The translations under genes were made by a program, and so were the position numbers. A stretch of 64,000 bases of DNA from an uncultured Methanobacteriaceae archaeon (GTDB lineage: Archaea > Methanobacteriota > Methanobacteria > Methanobacteriales > Methanobacteriaceae), in assembly GCA_963703015.1 (NCBI GenBank), contig OY969779.1, forward strand, positions 2,122,328-2,186,327, given 5' to 3'. The notes beneath the pieces were generated by a model that was given only the letters and a program-made list of their open reading frames with translations, did no database searches and was not told the origin of the DNA. Below are positions 39,627-50,000 of this stretch, piece after piece (positions within the stretch are counted from its first letter, which is position 1; the number at the start of each line of letters is the position of its first letter).

Positions 39627-40469
39627 TTAGTCGTAGTTGGTCAGGTTTTCCTGTGAGATGGTTTCTTGTTTACTCAAGTTTTCATAGTACTTGTCAACGT
39701 TTGAAGCCACGTTACTTTTATCCAGGTTTAAAGCACCTTCGTTGTAGAGTGTCTGAAGTTCGGTTGCATGGGCTAATTCGTACTTCCAGTATGGACTGTT
39801 GATGAATATTTGCATGAGTCCATAGCTTGTGTAAACATAGGCCGGAATAATACCATATGTTTTGGTCATGATCTCGAAGTACAATGGGAATCCACATCCA
39901 GGATCAAGGAGTGGATTATCAGTCCTAACAGTTCCGTGCCAGACCATTGGTAATGGCCCTGTTTGGTTGTGCTGTTTGGCAAGCTGATTTACATGGGCCA
40001 TCATTTCATCATAGGTGTTGTAAATTGTTCCATCTGACATGTATTTATACCTGCCGTCTGGAATACCGAAAATAGCAACTTTAAGTGAATCCATAATGTC
40101 TATTTGGCTCATGCTCTTTGAACCGCCACCTTGTGTATCTATGAATGCTACTTCAATGATGTAAACATTGCCAGATTTATGGCTGGTTGTGTCATTAGCA
40201 ACTTCTGAAAAACTTCTGTAATTCGAACTTCCTGCAAAGTGCAGAACCATTGCACATGGAGAACCCCTTTGAAGTGCGTATGTACCCAGGAGATTAGCAT
40301 GTGGATGTCCGGGGAACATGTCAGGATTAGCAATTTTTACAAATGATAATCGTCCTACGGGTTCTATAGGTCCGTTTGAAACAGTTACATAGGAATATCC
40401 TACTATGATTGCTATAAGTCCCAGCGCTATGACTGCAGCCCAAATTTTTTTACTCATGATAATTGTCAC
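39627..40469 (-). CDS. Membrane-anchored hypothetical protein
   Basis: 280 aa: N-terminal TM followed by a soluble domain, with a GGTGA-type RBS upstream. Confidence 0.7.
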   Translation of the reverse strand: MTIIMSKKIWAAVIALGLIAIIVGYSYVTVSNGPIEPVGRLSFVKIANPDMFPGHPHANLLGTYALQRGSPCAMVLHFAGSSNYRSFSEVANDTTSHKSGNVYIIEVAFIDTQGGGSKSMSQIDIMDSLKVAIFGIPDGRYKYMSDGTIYNTYDEMMAHVNQLAKQHNQTGPLPMVWHGTVRTDNPLLDPGCGFPLYFEIMTKTYGIIPAYVYTSYGLMQIFINSPYWKYELAHATELQTLYNEGALNLDKSNVASNVDKYYENLSKQETISQENLTNYD

Positions 40470-40566
40470 CTAATAATTTTTACAAATGATATAAATTCTT
40501 CTTTGTACCCCAATAGGTGCCCCTTTAATTATACTTAAAAAATATCGTTTTTATTATCTTAATTAA

Positions 40567-41586
40567 TTATACAAATGAATAAATGTTCCATGATAGGAAG
40601 AAGGCTGTTCCATTACCCTTCAAATCCCTTGTGAGTCCCATGAGTAACACCTTATCGTTGGTGTTTCCTGGAACACTGTACACTGTTTTATTATCCATTT
40701 TTTGAATGTTCAACACATCGTAGGATTGAAGATCAATGTTGTCTGAAGGATGTATTATGGTTATTTCATGCACATCTGTGTTGGTACCTATAATTCCCAG
40801 ACTGACCCTTATAATGATGAGTATTATTATTATAAAACTAGGTTTTATTAAATCTTTGGCTTTAAATGGCTTTTTAATGAAGTAAATACCTAGAAGTGTG
40901 GCAAGACCCACCAATGCTGGAGTGGAAAATAGACCTCCATCAAGAACACCGATGAGAGATACTGTAACAGCAAATGCAAGTAATACTTGATACAACAGCC
41001 TCTTTTCATTGGCAACAGCTATTATTCCTCCAATGTATATTAGGGGATAAGTAACGAACACAACCAGGGCCAATGGCATGGTGTATGGTATGAGGGCCAC
41101 TCCGGCATTTATTCCGGCATTGATATGAATTCCAAGGCTGTTTATCACCAATCCAAGCATGGATTTAAAGACGTGGCTGTGTGTTAATGCTGTTGAACTG
41201 TATGAGTTGGTGTTGTAAGCAATGAATGTATTAAATGGTGATACTCCCAACTTAAACCTTATTAAAAGTTCTATCAACATTCCAACTAGGTATGTGAAAA
41301 CCAGCAAAATAATGGTAATTTTAAGGTATTTTTTAGGTTCAAATTTGAAAATAGGGCCCAAAGCTGAAATTTTCGACCCAAAAGTACCATTTACTTTGAA
41401 GAGTGGATATAGGATGAGTAGACTTCCCATTACAGTGAAAAGTATGATTGATTTTCCCTGTGAGGATCCCTCGAGGAAATGGTAGGTGAGCATCAAGATT
41501 ACATTGTCTAGATAGTTGGTTGATGCCAACAAAACTGCGAAGAGGATCATAAAAATCCCCACTATGTTCAATTTGTTTAATTTCAA
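40567..41586 (-). CDS. Polytopic membrane hypothetical protein
   Basis: 339 aa with 7-8 hydrophobic segments. Confidence 0.7.
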   Translation of the reverse strand: MKLNKLNIVGIFMILFAVLLASTNYLDNVILMLTYHFLEGSSQGKSIILFTVMGSLLILYPLFKVNGTFGSKISALGPIFKFEPKKYLKITIILLVFTYLVGMLIELLIRFKLGVSPFNTFIAYNTNSYSSTALTHSHVFKSMLGLVINSLGIHINAGINAGVALIPYTMPLALVVFVTYPLIYIGGIIAVANEKRLLYQVLLAFAVTVSLIGVLDGGLFSTPALVGLATLLGIYFIKKPFKAKDLIKPSFIIIILIIIRVSLGIIGTNTDVHEITIIHPSDNIDLQSYDVLNIQKMDNKTVYSVPGNTNDKVLLMGLTRDLKGNGTAFFLSWNIYSFV

Positions 41587-41706
41587 AATATTTCACCTGT
41601 ATTGTATAATAAGAAAATTATTTGGGTGGATAAACCCTAATTTAGAGTTATCCCCACATTTCCAGATTTTTTTATTTATTATGTTGTTCATTGTTTAAAG
41701 AGTTAG

Positions 41707-42555
41707 TTAGATCAAGCCATATGAATAGCTTAAAATCAGAGTCAAAGCACCAACAATCCAACAATAGTATGCGAAGATCTTGAGACTAGTTGATTTTATA
41801 AGTCGAATTAAGAGGCCAATGGACAGGTATCCAAAAATAACCACGGCAAGGTATGCTGCCACCATGGTAATTGGACTGTTTTGTGACAGTGCCCCAATAT
41901 TCTTGATCTCAAATATAACTGCAGCTGCAATAACTGGCAAAGCAATTAAAAACGCAAATCTTGCGGCACATTCTCGTTCAAGACCCAAGAATAGTCCTGC
42001 ACTAATGGAAGTTCCTGACCTTGAAATTCCCGGAAACAAGGCAAGTGATTCAAAAACTCCAATTAAAAATGCATTTCTAAATGAAAGCTGTTTAATTGTA
42101 TCTTCGCCCTTCCTTGCATAATTGGTACTGTAGAGAATGAATCCATTGATAATGAGAAATACTCCCACTGCAACAACACTTCCAAATAAAATTTCAAACT
42201 GTTTATTAAACAAACCACCAACAATGGCAGCAGGTATGGTGCTCATAAGCATGAGCCATGCAAGCCTCTTGTAAACATCATCTTTAAGGCCTTCTTTGAA
42301 CTTTTTTTGGAATATATCTATGATACTTGCTATAAATGCTCTGATAATTTTGATCAGGTCTCTGTAGAAGAAACCAACAATAGCTGTGAGTGTTCCAAGG
42401 TGAAGTAATGTATTAAATGCAAGAGCATCGGATTGGGATGGAAATGTGACTCCCAATATGTGGGTTACCAAAATAACCTGCCCAGCACTGGCCACTGGCA
42501 AAAATTCAGCCAAACCCTGAACAATACCTAAAATTATTGCCTGTATAAGATCCAT
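41707..42555 (-). CDS. uppP: Undecaprenyl-diphosphate phosphatase (BacA family)
   Basis: Motifs LGIVQGLAEFLPV, LHLGT, ALFPGISRSG.SI and ARFAFL. Confidence 0.92.
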   Translation of the reverse strand: MDLIQAIILGIVQGLAEFLPVASAGQVILVTHILGVTFPSQSDALAFNTLLHLGTLTAIVGFFYRDLIKIIRAFIASIIDIFQKKFKEGLKDDVYKRLAWLMLMSTIPAAIVGGLFNKQFEILFGSVVAVGVFLIINGFILYSTNYARKGEDTIKQLSFRNAFLIGVFESLALFPGISRSGTSISAGLFLGLERECAARFAFLIALPVIAAAVIFEIKNIGALSQNSPITMVAAYLAVVIFGYLSIGLLIRLIKSTSLKIFAYYCWIVGALTLILSYSYGLI

Positions 42556-42960
42556 TTATTTTTCACCTTCAAAGTATGTATTTTAAATGAATAATATTGA
42601 CTCATAATAATGTCTTAAATTTAAGTTTACTATTTTTCAACTAAATTTGAATAAACCTATTAATATTAATTATGGTTAAGTTTTGTTAGTAAAACATGAT
42701 GGATAATGTTTAGTTACTTAAATCTATTATTTGGTCTTCATATTGGTTTAATATTTGATTTTAGCTGTTTTCTCATGGTTTGGAAATTTTTTGTGTTTTT
42801 TCATGATCATACTAATTTTTGTTCTGTTTAATAATTGGTATGTTTAAGAATAGTTATTAAACAGAACCTTTATAAGTAAGATAGTTCTATAGTATAACTA
42901 TGGGTTGGGTCGAGTTTTAAAAATTGATGGATCAACTCAAATTAAAAAAATGGTGATACT

Positions 42961-43290
42961 ATGTGTGACGAAAAACATTATGGACCAATGGATAAAGAAA
43001 GCAGGTACAAAATGCATCATTATATGAAGCATCATGCCATGCGAAGCAGAATGAATGGTAATGAGAACAAAATGATCTTCATGAAGAAAGTATTAGAACA
43101 GCTTTCAGATGCAGATAAAAAGAAACTGCTACAAAAAAAGATGGACATGAAAATTTCCATGGAAGAACAGAAAGCAGACATTATGAATGAAAAAAAGAAG
43201 ATCATAGCTGCAAAGTTAGATATGAAGACTTCAATGTCTGAACAGAAACTTGAAATGCTCAAAATGATCCGTGACATGCTCAAAGATTAA
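42961..43290 (+). CDS. Small Met/His/Lys-rich coiled-coil protein
   Basis: 109 aa with 17 Met, an HH.M.HH motif and a GGTGA RBS. Followed by a hairpin. Confidence 0.7.
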   Translation: MCDEKHYGPMDKESRYKMHHYMKHHAMRSRMNGNENKMIFMKKVLEQLSDADKKKLLQKKMDMKISMEEQKADIMNEKKKIIAAKLDMKTSMSEQKLEMLKMIRDMLKD

Positions 43291-43321
43291 TCTGAGCCAA
43301 ATAAAAAAAATTACCTCCAAA

Positions 43322-43345
43322 TTGGGAACTGGAAACAGTTCCCAA
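43322..43345 (+). terminator. Perfect 10-bp stem with GAAA tetraloop downstream of 42961..43290
   Basis: TTGGGAACTG-GAAA-CAGTTCCCAA read directly. Confidence 0.55.
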
Positions 43346-43738
43346 ATCATTCATAAACAAAACCACTTTCAAAAAATTTTAATAAAACAACAATTATCAT
43401 CTAATTTTAAGAAATAACAGTTATTAGTGCTGTAAATACCTAGGTAAAAGTAAAAAGGGACCTTCTAAAAATGTTTAACAGATATATTTGATATTCTTAA
43501 GTTAATTATCTAAAAAAAATATTCACTGGATTTATTTCTTATAAAATCCCAAGCAAAATATAAATATTATTTAGATTGGATAACTAATTAAGTTAAAGCA
43601 TAATTACTATGCTTGTATCCAACTACAAAATTATAGAAACTAAAGCATTGTTTATTGATTATCTTTATAAAACCCAAACATATTCAAGGGGTTTATTTAT
43701 ACTTATAAGTTGGAAAGAGACTAAAATGGTGAATATTC

Positions 43739-44182
43739 ATGGATGAGGAACGATTAAACCAAATTGCAGATGAAATGTATCTACTTTTTCCACTCTTTAG
43801 AAAAAAACTTTTCAAACACAAAAATAGGTTAAAACAAAGCAGCATACCCCATTCCTACTTCCATATATTAAAGGTCTTAAAGAAAAAAGGACCATTACCC
43901 ATGTCTGAAATTGGGAGAAGAGTTTGCATATCCAAATCAAACATGACTTCAGTGATTGATAGGCTGGTTGAAAATGGACTGGCAGAGAGGATGCCAGATC
44001 AAAATGATAGAAGGGTCATTAATATAGCCCTAACAAATAAGGGCAATGAATTAATTGGAGAGTGGCATGTACATTCTAACAAGGAAATAAAGGCTAAATT
44101 ATCCTCAATATCCGACGAAGATCTCGAAACCTTCTACGAATCAATAATAAATATCAGAACCATACTCAACAAAATGGATTGA
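43739..44182 (+). CDS. MarR-family transcriptional regulator
   Basis: Motifs MSEIG...ISKSNMTSVIDRLVENGL.ER..D..DRR...I.LT.KG. Confidence 0.92.
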   Translation: MDEERLNQIADEMYLLFPLFRKKLFKHKNRLKQSSIPHSYFHILKVLKKKGPLPMSEIGRRVCISKSNMTSVIDRLVENGLAERMPDQNDRRVINIALTNKGNELIGEWHVHSNKEIKAKLSSISDEDLETFYESIINIRTILNKMD

Positions 44183-44296
44183 TCCTAAAAAGAGTGATTA
44201 TACTTTAGATCATCAACTAACCTTTTTTTATTTTGACTTGCAACATGAAATAACTCATTCTAGCAAACCTTTAAATCAATGGTTTTATCAATCCCG

Positions 44297-46780
44297 TTAC
44301 TTTGCTGTGGTGAACTTTAGATTATATGCTGGCATTGAATTATTTTTCAAGTCTCTTATGGTTCCAGTGTGTATAACTAGGATATATTTGGTTCCTTTAG
44401 CGAGTGTAGCATGTGAAATTGTTAAAACATTGGATTTTATTTTTGGTTTGATGGATACAGATCTTCCTTTACTGGTTTTAAGTTCGATTGTAATTTTTTT
44501 TCCAAATTTAATTGGCATACGGTAGGTTAATTGGATGATTTTTTTGTTTGATACATTGATTGCATTGTTGGAAAGGTTAACAGATCTTACAGCTGAGTAT
44601 ACAGAAACAGATCTAGGTGTTTTTTGAGAATCAAGAACTGTACTAATCTTTGCATATCCTGGATTTACAGCTTTAAACCAGGTTGTTGCAGTTCCATTAA
44701 CTGTTTTTATATTTGATGATATTGTTCCTAGTGTACTGCAGAAACATATGGCAAAACCATTCTTAACATGTCCCAACTTAGACACATCTGCACCATTACT
44801 ATCATGATTTAAATCAGCAATAACACAAGAACTGGTTCCGGCAATTTGAGATTTAGCAGTGGTTAACTTTAGGATCAACCATCTAGAATAGTTGATTGCT
44901 CCATAAATCTTCTGTGGTTTGAGGTTTGAACCCCACCAGTTGAACTGGGCATTTAATAATAATCCTTCATTTGATGGTTGGTAAAGTTGATAAGTGTTTC
45001 CAACAACACTGTTAAAATTAAAGACAGCAGCAAGGGCACTGCTAAATGAAGCTCCATAAAGGTTGTTGTAAATTAAATTTTGGTACACATTGTTGTAGTT
45101 ACCAGTTATTGTGAGTCCTGCATCCGTATTATTCTTCATTGAGTTTCCATTGATTACACACCATGATCCAGTAGCAGTAAGTCCAGTGCCATAGTTGTAG
45201 TTAAGGGTGTTGCATGAGAAGTTTGAATAGGAAATGCCACTGTTTATACCGTTGTTATTGTAACACACATTGTTGGAATTGATGTTGTTGTGATCAGCAT
45301 CAGATGCACTTTGCAGACAGATTCCCAGATCGTTACCAGAGATACTGTTGGATGTCAAACTGTTGTAGATTCCTATGGATAATATTCCACAGTATTTATT
45401 ATTATTGATCACATTAGAACAGATTGAAACATGATCTGCAGTGTTTATAAACCCGTTTTCTATGTTGCCGTTTATATTGTTGTGGTCAAATTGGGTGTAG
45501 GGGCTTGCGCTGTTTATTCCGTTTTTGTTGCAGGTTATGTTGTTATAACTTACCACATTGTTATCGGCTGTTGAAGCATTTTGAAGGTAAATTCCCAGAT
45601 TATTCCCAGATATCTGGTTTGATTTTATTAGGTTGAACAGTCCTATGCATAACACACCACTTCCACCATTGTTACTTATCTGGTTACAAATTATACTCGA
45701 ATGATCAGCAGTCACAATCATTCCATTGTTAGAGTTGTATGAAACTTCGTTGTTTGAGTAAATTGTGTTTTGACTTGCACTATTTAAACCCGCCTGGTTA
45801 TGACTGAGGATATTTCCATTCACAAGGTTGTAATTATTGTCACAAATTCCTGTAAGAGTAATTCCACAGTTACCATTGTATGAGGCAGTGTTATCAAGAA
45901 TTTTATTGCATTTGCCGGTTATATCAATACCACTCACAGCATTGTAGATAGCAATATTATTTGAAATTGTGCTGTCATCCAATCTTATCCAGAAACCATT
46001 TTTATTTCCAGTAACTGTGTTACCATTTAGGAGGTAGTTTGTTGCAGTATTAGTTCCAATCTGCTGTACAGCTATTCCATCTTCAGCTCCTGAAACAGTG
46101 TTACCAACGATTCTTAAATAACGTGAATTATCTGTTGCGTAAATTCCTGCACCATTTAAACCATTGCAAGTCACTGTGTTCCCTTCAACTGAATTGTACT
46201 CACTCTCGTCGTTGAAAAGAATTCCATTTAAAAAATTTGATATTATGTTACCTGAAACATTGTTGTAACTACAGAGACCATATTCAAAACTGATACCATT
46301 ACCCACTGCGGGATCGGTCCCTGTTATTTGATTGTAAAGCACCTTTGAATTTGACATGTCCCCATAAAACTGAATACCAACAAGGGATGCTCCTATAATT
46401 TTATTTCCAGAAATAAGGCAGTTTTGGGCGTTGTTAATCACGATGCAATAGTTGGATTTAGTCAGATCAAAATTCTGTATGGATGACCCTGAACCTTCAG
46501 AATTCACGGTAAAAACAGCTGAACTCGTATTTTTTGCTTCAATAATTACATTGCCACTTGATTTGATGTTAACTTTTTTATTGATATAAACACTCTCTTT
46601 GTAGGTGGAGCTTGTTTTATTATCGCCGTAAACAACCACAGTATCTCCATTTGAAGCTTTATCCACTGCAGATTGAATGCTGTCTCCTGGATGAACAGAG
46701 ATGTTTGCAGCTGAAACTGATTGTACACAGACTATTGACGTAACGATCAGGAACATGTACAAAAATATTTTTTTATTCAT
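44297..46780 (-). CDS. Surface protein: beta-helix repeats, a Big_1-like domain and a C-terminal SbsA/Big_5-like Ig domain
   Basis: Signal peptide, SIQ.AVD.A..GD, NN..S.N repeats, NWWG.N, and C-terminal L..GTKY.L....G.I.DL..N. Confidence 0.82.
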   Translation of the reverse strand: MNKKIFLYMFLIVTSIVCVQSVSAANISVHPGDSIQSAVDKASNGDTVVVYGDNKTSSTYKESVYINKKVNIKSSGNVIIEAKNTSSAVFTVNSEGSGSSIQNFDLTKSNYCIVINNAQNCLISGNKIIGASLVGIQFYGDMSNSKVLYNQITGTDPAVGNGISFEYGLCSYNNVSGNIISNFLNGILFNDESEYNSVEGNTVTCNGLNGAGIYATDNSRYLRIVGNTVSGAEDGIAVQQIGTNTATNYLLNGNTVTGNKNGFWIRLDDSTISNNIAIYNAVSGIDITGKCNKILDNTASYNGNCGITLTGICDNNYNLVNGNILSHNQAGLNSASQNTIYSNNEVSYNSNNGMIVTADHSSIICNQISNNGGSGVLCIGLFNLIKSNQISGNNLGIYLQNASTADNNVVSYNNITCNKNGINSASPYTQFDHNNINGNIENGFINTADHVSICSNVINNNKYCGILSIGIYNSLTSNSISGNDLGICLQSASDADHNNINSNNVCYNNNGINSGISYSNFSCNTLNYNYGTGLTATGSWCVINGNSMKNNTDAGLTITGNYNNVYQNLIYNNLYGASFSSALAAVFNFNSVVGNTYQLYQPSNEGLLLNAQFNWWGSNLKPQKIYGAINYSRWLILKLTTAKSQIAGTSSCVIADLNHDSNGADVSKLGHVKNGFAICFCSTLGTISSNIKTVNGTATTWFKAVNPGYAKISTVLDSQKTPRSVSVYSAVRSVNLSNNAINVSNKKIIQLTYRMPIKFGKKITIELKTSKGRSVSIKPKIKSNVLTISHATLAKGTKYILVIHTGTIRDLKNNSMPAYNLKFTTAK

Positions 46781-47066
46781 TGGTTCACCATATACACAAT
46801 TACTTAGTAAATTGGTATGTTATTTCACTTTTATATAATATTTATATTCAAATTTGTGCCGATTTTCACAGATCATCACATATCTGGGGTTATTTGACTA
46901 TTTAAAGACAAGTATTAGGTTAAGTATAAGCAAAATTAAAGCCTATTTGAATGTAAAATAACCATATATCTCTTAAGCGCAGGTTTAAAAACTAATGTTT
47001 AAAAAAGGGATGTTCAAGAATCAAAAAAAATAGTCATGGAAACAGTATGAATTATCCTGAAAAGAT

Positions 47067-50000
47067 TTACTTTAAAACAATAAATTTGTTGGAGTTTGAG
47101 CTCCCAAGGTAGATATTGTTGGACATGTACTTGGCTGTTAAGGTGTAGGTTCCTCTATGGAGTTTGGTAGTGTAGTAAAATGATGCCACACCATATTTAT
47201 TGGTTTTTCCAGAACCAACATATTTACCAGACACATAGAATCTCACAGATGCATTAGCTAGTTTGGTGCTGGTGTGAATATTGGTTAATGTGGCAGTTAA
47301 CTTTACTCTGTAGTTTTTTTTGCCATATACTTTGTATGTTAATATTTTTGTAGGTATTTTTTGAACAGTGAGGATTGTGCTGTAACTTGAACCTGAGTAA
47401 AGATTATCATTTTTATATTCTGCCCTTAAACTGTAGGATCCAGCAACATTTTTTACTAGGTAACTATAACTTGCAATTCCCGAAGCATTGGTCAATCCAC
47501 TTCCAACTAATTTACCATTAACATAGAAATATACTGTTCTACTTGAAACAACGAGGTTATTAGCGGTGTTTAGGAGTGTTGCTGATAATTTTAGCTTGTC
47601 TCCATAGTAGCTTTTCATGGATTTGAATATCAACTTGGATGAAACAAGATAAACTGTCCAACTTTTAGAATCTGAAGAAGAGCTGTAATCAACACCATCA
47701 GTATACTGTGCAGATAAAATATAGGATCCTGGGCTGTTAATGGCACATATCAATGTTCCAATACCTTCACTGTCAGTTGTAGTTGTTCCTAAGAGCTTGC
47801 CATTCACAAAGAAACTGATCAACTTATCTGAAATGCAGTTTCCATCTTCATCATATAATGAAGCCTTCAAACAGGTGTTGGCACAAGTATAGCTGGATAA
47901 TGGTGTAAGAGATAGTACTGTTTTTTCTGGGATGATCTCTAAAAGAGTTGTGGCCTCTGTTTTATTGAAATCATCATCACCCAGAAACTTAACCATTAAA
48001 TTATAATTAATATTTACAGTTTGTGAAACTTTGTAAACCCATGTTGCAACGCCATTCACATCTGTCTGGGCATCTCCAACTTCAACACCTTCAACATAGA
48101 AACATACAGTTTTACCGGAAATTGGTTTATTGGTATTATCCCTTAAAGTTGCGACCAGATTCAAATTGCTTCCACAATGTCCTGTAACAGTATCAACACT
48201 GATGGTTGATGGAATAAGTTTAACAATCAAGTTGTTTGAATTTTGAGACGAACAATAATTACCATCCTCAAAAAACTGAGCCAACACAACATAGGAATCA
48301 TCATTCTCAGATGGTGCTAAATTCCCACCACCGGGAGAAACTAAATTAACAGTCAAAACAGCAGCACCATCCTCATCTGTCAATGCACTGCCAAGTGATA
48401 CTCCATTAACTGAGAAATAAATTGGTTTTTTATCAAGACCTAAACCATTTTTATCTTCCAATCTTGCGGTTAAGTTAACATCAGTTCCTTTGTATCCTGT
48501 AATTGGATTCACTGTAATTTTTGTTGGCATTAAAGTGATATTGAGGGTGTTAGTTCCATTCGATCCAACATAAAAGCCATCAGAACTGAAAATTCCCATG
48601 ATAGTGTAAATACCGCTAATCTGTGTTAGGGCGTAATTGTAATTTCCTTTTCCGTCTGGGCCGGTTACATCTGTTCCGACTGGTGTTCCGTTTATGTAGA
48701 AGTTTATTGTTTTTCCTGTTACGGGGTTTCCATTGGTGTCTTTTAGTGTGGCTGTGAGGTTTATTCTATCTCCTTTGTAGCCTGTTACAGGGTTAATGGT
48801 GATTGTGGTTGATTTAAGATTAACCTGAAGAGAACTTGTTGAATTAGATGTTAAATAATTATTATCCTGTAAAAAAATGGCCATAATGGTGTAATTACCA
48901 CTGGATTGGCTTAAAGTATAAAACAAATTTGCAGTACCATTAGAATCTGTAGAAGCTGATCCAATGGATGTCCCATTAATATAAAAAACAACAGTCTTTC
49001 CAGCGACTGGACTTCCATTACTGTCATGGAGTGTTGCTGTGAATTTAACACCATCTCCAATGTACCCAGAAACTGGTTGGAGCGTGATATTGGTGCCAAT
49101 CATAATTTTTGAAACAATTAAAGCTGCTGTTCCATTACAGGCCGGAAAAACACCATCTCCTAAAAATTGTGCAACAACAGGGTAGCTACCAGGATCCTGA
49201 CTCAATGTGTAAGAAAGGGTAGCAACACCGCTACTATTTGTCATGGCAGTACCAACCAAAGTTCCGTCAACCAAAAATCTGATGGTTTTACCATTTACAG
49301 GCTGATTATTACCATCTTTAAGTGTTGCAACAAGATTTACAAGCTCTCCTTTATGTCCATTAATGGGATTCACATTCAAGGAAGATCCACTTAAAACAGT
49401 AACTATGCTTGACACATTTTGATCGTCAACATTGGCAGATATAATGGAAGAACCATTGCTGCTACCAGTAAAATTGGTGGTAGCAGTACCATTAACTGTC
49501 ATTAAAAGAATATTACTTAAAAATCCAAGAGAATCACAGCTGAAATTTACAATAAGTCCATCAGGAACAAAAATACCAGCATAAAGCAAGTCAGTATCTT
49601 CACCTGCACTGTTCCAGGTTAGATCAGCAGTGATATTTGAAACACAACCAATAATAATTTTATTTGAACTTGAAACGAGCTTTAAAACAATCCAGGGGTT
49701 CACATTAAACAATCCATAAATTTTAGATGGTGAACTGTTTGAACCCCACCAGTTGTTAGTGGCATTTAATGTTCCAGATGTATCTGGACTGTACAACTGG
49801 TAGGTATTTCCAACCACACTGTTGAAATTGAAAGTGGCAGCATTGTGATTGCTGAAAGAAGCACCATAAAGATTATTTTCTAACCTATTTGTGGTTACAA
49901 CATTATTAATGCCATTAATTGTCAGCCCGGCCTCTTTGTTGTAACACATGGAATTTCCAACCACATAACAGTTGGATCCTGTGATTGTGAGGCCTGTTTG

